Assembly (NCBI GenBank): GCA_951406725.2
Contig: OX597827.1
Location: forward strand, 71,052,001 to 71,116,000
DNA from: Octopus vulgaris
Taxonomy: Eukaryota
Reading direction: 5' to 3'
DNA: 64,000 bases
This document shows positions 56,052 to 64,000 of the stretch, piece by piece. Position 1 is the first letter of the stretch, and every line of letters begins with the position of its first letter. The notes beneath the pieces were generated by a model. The model was not told where the DNA came from, made no database searches, and was given only the letters and a program-made list of their open reading frames with translations. The position numbers were made by a program, and so were the translations under genes.

Positions 56052-56571
56052 ATATTGTCACCGGAGTATTGGGTTCAATACCACCCCATCTGAAAAAAAA
56101 CATCTGAAAACTTTAGAAATACCCTACAGTCTAGGTGTCTTGCAAAAGTCGGCATTACTTGGAACTGCACCCATATTGCGTAAAGCACTGTCTGACTGAA
56201 GGTCCTTGTTGTGACTTGGCAAACTGTACAAACACCCGGTAAACACATTATCTTCAGTTCAACAACCTCACAATATTGTATACTATGCGACGTTAATAAT
56301 AATAATTATATGGCCACAAGGGCTTACATAAAAGACAGCACAAGACGATACAAAGGGTTTTACAGCGTGTAAACATTAAAAAAAAACAATAAAAATCAAA
56401 CATCCAGGATTGCAGCTCAGTCAAAGAGACGAGCTTCAGAAGAGCGAGTCTAACAAACAGCGACCACACCTGCTCACCGTCCAGGAAACGCTAGAGATGC
56501 TGTAGCCTGAGCGCATGTCTGCCCGTCAGCAACCACGGCATGCCAAGGCCCCCATTCAACGGCTGTTGACA

Positions 56572-56625
<54 letters not shown>

Positions 56626-58279
56626 TAGCGGAGTTTGGGAAAAAGCTGTCCTTCAAAGTCTCACACTTCGTGAAAAAGGTAAAGGTTCGAATGGTGAGGT
56701 GGTAAAAACGTTAAAAAAAATAACAGAAATTTAAGGGAAATTTTTTTTTTTTTTCAGAATTGTATGAAACAAGGAAATACCAAAGAATGTGTAGAGGGGG
56801 TGGATACAGTTTTCCTTTCCTGTGAGATATGAAACTTCGGACGACGCTTATTCCAAAACTTTGCCTAACAATCATCACATCATAAGAAGCTCTGTAAATA
56901 CAATTTTCATTGAAAACTCACCCTAAAGTAGATTCCTTAAACCAGACCAAAAATTATTTAGTAACAATACATAAAACAAACTTCGAGATAGATTTAACGT
57001 TGACAAAACAGGCCAAGCATTTGAATCTGCGTAATAACACAGCGTCTCTCATGTCACGTGGTTCAGTGCAAGAGAACAGAGTGCAGATGTAGTTTGTACC
57101 GAGTCAACGTTATTGACGATTATCCTTCAATTAAATTAGTTCACCAGGTGTACTAATTCCCAGTTTTTTTTTTTTCGTCGTGGATTTATATACCCCAGTA
57201 TTGGACTATTTTCTATAATGAATATCGTGGTGCTCCGTCGGTTATGATGACGAGGGTTCCAGTTGATCCGATCAACGGAACAGCCTGCTCGTGGAATTAA
57301 TGTGTAAGTGGCTGAACACTCCACAGACACGTGTACCCTTAACGTGCTAACAACTCTGCCAGCTCACCGCCTTAAGAAGCCTATGTATTATGTACTTTGC
57401 CTTTCATCCTTTCGGGGTCGATTAAATAAGTACCAGTTACGCACTGGGGTCGATATACTCGACTTACTCCGTTTGTTTGTCCTTGTTTGTCCTCTCTGTG
57501 TTTAGCCCCTTGTGGGTAGTAAAGAAATAGGTATTTCGTCTGCCGCTACGTTCTGAGTTCAAATTCCGCCGAGGTCGACTTTGCCTTTCATCCTTTCGGG
57601 GTCGATTAAATTAAGTACCAGTTACGCACTGGGGTCGATGTAATCGACTTAATCCGTTTGTCTGTCCTTGTTTGTCCCCTCTGTGTTTACCCCCTTGTGG
57701 GTAATAAAGAAATTTATAATGTTTTGATAAGTCTATCCTATCCTAACTGCTCCGAAAGGTCAATAATTTTATGGGAAGTGGGGGGCTAAGTGAATACATC
57801 GCCTTTGTTTGCGAAAGTAAAGAATGCGCACACCCGGTATTTAGGGGTTACGGTTAGGGTTTAGGGTTTAGGGTTAGGGTTAGGATTTAGGGTTAGGGTT
57901 AGGGTTGGGGTTTAGGGTTTAGGGTTAGGCTTAAGGTTAGAGTTAGGGGTGGTGTGCGTATTATTTACCTCCGCTGTTCAACGGATACTTTATTTTGTCG
58001 ACCCCCGAAAGAATGAAAGCAAAATCGACCTCGACGGAATTTGAACCTAGAGCGATGAAATGTCGCTAAGCATTTCCTCCGATGCACTAACGATTCTGCT
58101 CAAGGTCTTAAAAATATATATATTTTGAGGACTCACCCAGATTTAAATTCCTCAATCAAACAAAAAATGATTTTTTAAGAAAACGTTTGTGAAAATAATC
58201 TTAGAGGTAGATTTGACGTTTACGAAGACGTCAACACTTTTGAATTTATGTAAACAACGCATCTCTTATCACGTGATGT

Positions 58280-58750
58280 GTTAGTTAGTTAGTTAATTTG
58301 GCTCAAAAGCAAATAGCAAGGCCATGTAGGGGGACATGGAGTTAAGTACAGGGTGGTGTTCATGTAAAGAGTTCAGGCCACTTGAGGTCAAGGGAGGCTT
58401 TGAACAAAGCGGTCGTCGGCATCTTCACCATCTCGTCTGGCAGCTTGTTCCACGGATCCGCAACCCGGACGGAGAAAGCTCCTCTCCTTCGATTGAGATG
58501 AAATCGTCGCAGGTAGAGCTTTTCGGAATGACCCCGCAGCCGACGCTCTGGAGCAGGAGTGAAGAACAGCTCTTTCGAGAGGTTACACTTTCCGCTTATG
58601 ATGTTGTGGGCGAGAATGAGATCACCACGGCGGCGGCGTTTTTCAAGTGAATAAAGGTCGAGCGTCCTCAGCCTTTCTTCGTAGGACAAATTTTTGAGAC
58701 CATGAACCATGCGGGTAGCCAGCTTCTGGACTCTTTCGAGATGCTGTATG
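58280..58750 (-). mobile_element. CR1-clade LINE ORF2 C-terminus, 3'UTR and (AACT)n tail
   Basis: LSYEERLRTLDLYSLEKRRRRGDLI..RGH..KL..FS.RV..WN.LP..V..FK..LD. Confidence 0.9.
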
Positions 58751-58789
58751 TCGACAAGAAAAAATAGTCGACAAGAAAAAATACAGATT

Positions 58790-59250
58790 TGTCTATTTCG
58801 GTGTCATTAACTGAGACATTGGTCTTCTCAAGAAAGTCTTCCAAGTGCACTCTACATGTTCATAGAACATCACTGAGGCAAGTGGCAAAGTTTAAGTATC
58901 TTGGGACCGTATTCACGAGTGTTGGGAAACAGGAGGCTGAATTGGATGCTAAATTTTACAGGTTTTGGCACAGTAATGCATTCGCTCCAGCATTATTCTT
59001 ACCTCAGAAGAGAATTTTGTAAAGAAGCCAAACTCGTTATCTTCAATTTGGCTCTCGTACCTATCCTCGCCCGGGGCCATGAATGTTGTGTAGTGACTGA
59101 AAGAGTACGATCGCAAATACAAGTGGCTGAAATGGGGTTTCTGCGAAAGGTCTCTGGAGTAATGTTATTCGATAGGGTGCATAGCTCAGAGATCAAGGAC
59201 GTCTCTCCAAGTTGAACCACCACTTCTCCGAATTGAGGGATCACAGTTCC
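58790..59250 (+). pseudogene. RTE-clade LINE RT C-terminal fragment
   Basis: LRQVAKFKYLGTVFTS..; KLVIFN..VPIL..GHE..TERVRSQIQVAEMGFLRKVSG..DRV.SSEI. Confidence 0.8.
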
Positions 59251-60961
59251 GATACTATAAACATATCTTGATATTCTTTCGTTTCTTTTACTTGTTTCCG
59301 TCATTTGACTGGGGCCATGCTAGAGCATCGCCTTTAGTCGAGCAAATCAACCCCAGGACTTATTCTTTGTAAGCCTAGTACTTATTCTATCGGTCGCTTT
59401 TGTATGTACACGTGGGTGTGTATGTATGCACACATATATATATGTGCGTGTGCGGGTATGGGTGTGTGCATGTGTGGGTATGTATATGTGTGTATATGTG
59501 TATATGTATATATATACATATATATATGTATGCATATATGTGTATATATATATATATATGCGTGCGTGTGTCTGTGTGTGTATATATATGTATATGTATA
59601 CTGTCCGTGTATATATATGCATATTCTGTTAAAATCTTTTGCCCGCAAGTTTCTTACGTTCATGTCTACCTAATGTACCCACTATGACTCCGTATCTTAC
59701 CCGTGTGCAAGAACGAATCCTTTTGTTATACCTGTGTCTGTGCATATGCATACCTTTGTGTATAGGCATAGGGATCTACTCCCCCATGTGCGTGGGGGTG
59801 GACGCGAGCGCAGGTGTATACATATTCCTGCCCACACGCATAGAGATTCACTTCGTCTTGTACATGCGTGTAAGTGCGAGTGTGCCTATATGAACGCATG
59901 TGAGTGTATGTATGTACGTACGTATGCGCGTCGGTTCGTGTACCCAACTACATGCGCCTTTTTCCATATATATCTGTATATGTTTACACGAGAGTACGTA
60001 TGTATGCTTGTATGCGTGTAGTTGCGTATGCGTGCGTATATGTGCGCGTGTATATGGGTGTATGTATCCATGCGTGTACGTATGTACATGATGACCACTT
60101 AATACGTTACGAAGAACTAGATAAGCGACTCAACAACTCTAATTTACAATACACTAGGTCCCCAGACGCCCCGGTTGATTTATGACACCCAAGGCTTCTA
60201 CAACCAGAATTTGTCATTTTCCTGACCACCATGTTTGGTCCGTAACTACTATATATCACTTATCCTTATATTCTTTTACATTCCTACACTCTTATACCCT
60301 TTATACTTCTGATAATTTTTTTTATTTTTCTAATTTTTTAATTTTTAATTTATTTTTTTTTTTTATTTATTTTTTTATAACTTTATACCTTTATATTCAT
60401 TTATATTTTTTTATATTTTTTTATATCTTTTTATATCTCTTTATATCTTTATACTCTACATTTTTATATTTTTCTATACTTACTCTTTTTATATATTTTT
60501 TATCCTTCGTCCTGAATTCTCGCCCCTCCATCTTGATCCTTATTTGCTCTTATTACCAGGTTCCTTCACGTCTGTCTGTATTTTATATATGTATATATTT
60601 ATTTATTCATTTATTTATATTACCTCAACATCCAAACTTCCTCATTCTACATTGAGAGAAGGACGAGATGGACGCTTCATTTTTATGCTGTTGCCGCATT
60701 ATGTCGTACGCGAATGAGAGGATTTGCATCCCCAACGCAGAATTTTTGATGTAATACATGTCCTTGAGGTAGTAGTTGTGCGCGGCTGAAGAAGGCCATA
60801 GACATACATTATGCATTGTTATAAATCCGTCTAATAAAGGCCCGAAACATATGTACCGCTGAATCCTTGGCATCATGTTTTTATTTTTATTAACTTACTC
60901 CACCACCTACACCACCAAACGGTATATACAGGTGCTTACAATTATCAAGTACTCACCCTGA

Positions 60962-61020
<59 letters not shown>

Positions 61021-61399
61021 TACGACAGGCTTCTTTCAGTTTCCGTCTACCAAATCCACTCACAAGGCATTGGTCGGCCCGGGGCTATAGCATAAGACAT
61101 TTGTCCAAGATGCCACGCAGTGGGACTGAACCCGGAACCGTGTGGTTGGTTATCAAGCTACTTACCACACAGCCACTCCTGCGGTATGTGGATTCCATGA
61201 ACGTTTTAATCTGCCGTTATGGCAGATTCTTAATTTACAAGATAACGTAAGTACCTGAGAATAAACGAAATTCAAAACTGCATTGATACACCAAAATTGA
61301 AAACAATCTGAGCAAAATTAAAGGGGGCTGATTTTGTGAGTGAAACACAGAAGATCCGAATTGCCTATAACAGTCCATTTCTATTAATTTTTTTTCTTT

Positions 61400-62127
61400 G
61401 TGTTTTGTATATATATATCATCTTGTATTTCTTTTGTGCTTATAAACTGCATTCATCATGAACCGGCAGCAAAAACTGAAAGCTGCTCGCGCGAGAATGA
61501 AACTCTACAGGCAGAAGATAAGGGAAGAGTTGATGAGGGAAATCTTAAAGAGGGACAGGCAACGCCAGCAGCTGAGACGAGCGTCAGTGGAGGGTGAACA
61601 ACGCGAGGAACAAAATAGGAGCAAAATAGGAGGAGACAACAAATAAGACGAGGAAATATGAATGAGGAGCAGCGTACCACAGTACTACGAGCGGCAGAGA
61701 AACTTTATTTCAGCAAAGAGTAGAGAACATGAATCAACATGAGAGGGTTATTTATAAGCAAAACCGACGGGGAAGATATCGAGAAAGAGTTCAAAATATG
61801 AATGCTGGTGAAACTGAAAATTTAAGGAGGCATCAGATGCAGCGACAGCGTTGTGAGAAGACATAGGCCAGTGCTGATGCTGAACAGAGCTATTGTTAAT
61901 TCTTTTTTTTTAAATCTTTTTACTTGTTTCAGTCATTTTTGACTGCGGCCATGCTGGAGCACCGCCGTTAATCGAGCAACTCGACCCCGGGACTTATTCT
62001 TTTGTAAGCCCAGTACTTATTCTATCGGTCTATTTTGCCGAACCGCTAAGTGACGGGAACGTAAACACACCAGCAACGGTTGTCAAGCAATGCTAGGGGG
62101 ACAAACACAGACACACAAACACACACA

Positions 62128-62205
<78 letters not shown>

Positions 62206-63845
62206 TACGACGGGCTTCTTTCAGTTTCTGTCTACCAAATCCACTCACGAGGCTTTGGTCGGCCCGAGGCTATAGTAGAAGACACTTGCCCAAGGTGCCA
62301 CGCAGTGGGACTGAACCCGGAACTATGTGGCTGGTTAGCAAGCTACTTACCACACAGCCACTCCTGTGCCTTAATGAACATTGTATGTGAATACTGTGGT
62401 GCGTTTAGGTTTAGAAATGAAAGTAACAGTTGTTGCCGCAATGGATAGGTGAACGTGTCTGCATTGCAATCATATCCAGAGACACTAAAAACTTCATTTG
62501 AGGGAAACGACCAAGAGTTCGTTTCATTCCGTAGAAATACCAGAAATTACAATTGTATCTTCTCCTTTGCGTCATTTGGAGTCAAACTGGCAGCACCTCC
62601 AGGAAGGGGTCCGTATTGCTTCCGCATTCAGGGCCAAACTTACCACACAACGACAAACCTGCATCCTGCTAATGAGCGACTGCAATACGGCCAGTTATAT
62701 ACATATTTCTTTATTACCCACAAGGGGCTAAACATAGAAGGGACAAACAAAGACAGACATAGGTATTAAGTCAATTACATCGAAACCAGTGCGTATGTGG
62801 TACTTAATTTATCGACCCCGAAAGGATGAAAGGCAAAGTCGACTTCGACGGAATTTGAACTCACAACGTAACGGCAGACGAAATACGGCTACGCATTTCG
62901 CCCGGCGTGCTAATGTTTCTGCCAGCTCGCCGCCTTAATAAAGTCCTTTCTACTTTCGGCACAAGGCCTGAAATTTTGGGGGTAAGGGTGGGGTTTAGTC
63001 GATGATGTCGGTCCCAGTTATATACCAGTGCGTATATGGTACTTAATTTATCGACCCCGAAAGGATGAAAGGCAAAGTCGACCTCGACGGAATTTGAACT
63101 CACAACGTAACGACAGACGAAATACGGCTACGCATTTCGCCCGGCGTGCTAACGTTTCTGCCAGCTCGCCACCTTAATAAAGTCCTTTCTACTTTCGGCA
63201 CAATGCCTGAAATTTTGGGGGTAAGTGGGCCTTAGTCGATCCCAGTTATATACCATTGATGCGGATGAAGCTCTGCAGCACAGGATGGATGAGCCTCAAA
63301 ATTCTGAGTGTTCCTCTGTTGCTATGAGAAAAGCAAGTGATGTTATCCACCAAATTAATCCTTATGCAGAATTGTACAAGAACACGCATGCGGTTGAACA
63401 ACAAGAAGAGGAGAGAGCCAGAAGAGACAATGTACCAATATGGAGATGTGAGTTATGCTTCAGGAGAGGGTCCGATATCAGGCGCTACAACCTCCCCACC
63501 AGCAATGAAATAACAGCAGTGTTTGTTGTAGAAAATGGTGCCCCTCCTGAAAATAGAGACATTATTGTGTATCCCAGAGATGCTTCCCCCTGAAAAAATA
63601 TCTTAAACGCCATGAGCTACCCAATTATGTTTCCCCATGGGGAATTTGGAAGGTATTGTGAGATGCAACATGTCGAGGAACGCCAGACATGTGCGTTATC
63701 GTTTGATCATACAAGAATACTACAGCTATCGTCTTGCATTCAAAGGTGGGTTTAGCTGGAAAATTATTTCAACAGTATGTTGTGGATGCATATGTCAAGG
63801 CTGAAGTTCGTAGGTTGCAACATCTTAGGAACAATCAGACCGAGC
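61400..63845 (+). pseudogene. Decayed autonomous Helitron RepHel N-terminal region, split by SINE A and SINE B insertions
   Basis: CEYCGAFRFRNESNSCCRNG*; FRRNTRNYNCIFSFASFG..GRGPYCFRIQGQTYH..YGQLY; INPYAELYK; RRYNLPTSNEI; MSYPIMFPHGE; GKLFQQYVVDAYVKAE..L..LR.NQ. Confidence 0.88.
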
Positions 63846-64000
63846 TTCTTTCAGTTTCTGTCTACCAAATCCACTCACAAGGCTTTGGTCGGTCTGCGGC
63901 GATAGTAGAATACACTTGCCCAAGGTGTCACGCAGTGGGACAGAACCCGGAATCATGTGGTTGGTAAGCAAGCTACTTACATCCACTCCTGCCTTACATG

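Noticed and set aside
60625-60876. 83-aa minus-strand ORF (MMPRIQRY..)
   Set aside because: No recognisable domain, splice partners or family; left uncalled

Overview
AT-rich, microsatellite-saturated animal DNA. The SINE, Dong/R4, RTE and Penelope repertoire most resembles an octopus (coleoid cephalopod) genome; this is inferred, not database-checked. Almost all listed ORFs are microsatellite or SINE artefacts. One real host gene can be rebuilt by hand on the minus strand from five phase-compatible GT-AG exons (31601-31565, 23903-23762, 21442-21306, 8587-8434, 5572-5347). It encodes a 231-aa protein with a signal peptide, 10 Cys in the mature region and a GPI-signal-like C-terminus (DUF19/T20D4.11-like cysteine spacing). 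Its introns and the upstream region are filled with transposable elements: a 5.7-kb palindromic Penelope-like (Neptune-type, C-terminal GIY-YIG) insertion, small non-coding Penelope pLTR-like foldbacks, decayed mariner/Tc1/hAT/Helitron elements, Dong/R4, CR1, RTE and Tx1-like LINE fragments, three SINE families, and two TIR-bounded telomere-repeat elements. The most unusual signal is a set of minimal hammerhead ribozyme motifs in unrelated pLTR-like elements: two canonical (30366-30410 +, 15752-15810 -) and several with a compensatory U3:A8 core, UUGANAA (20072-20118, 14810-14854 and its mirror 9201-9245, about 15145-15190). Also notable: Nin-type SINE multimers with a fixed junction under a single TSD, whose tail resembles the Tx1-like LINE 3' end.
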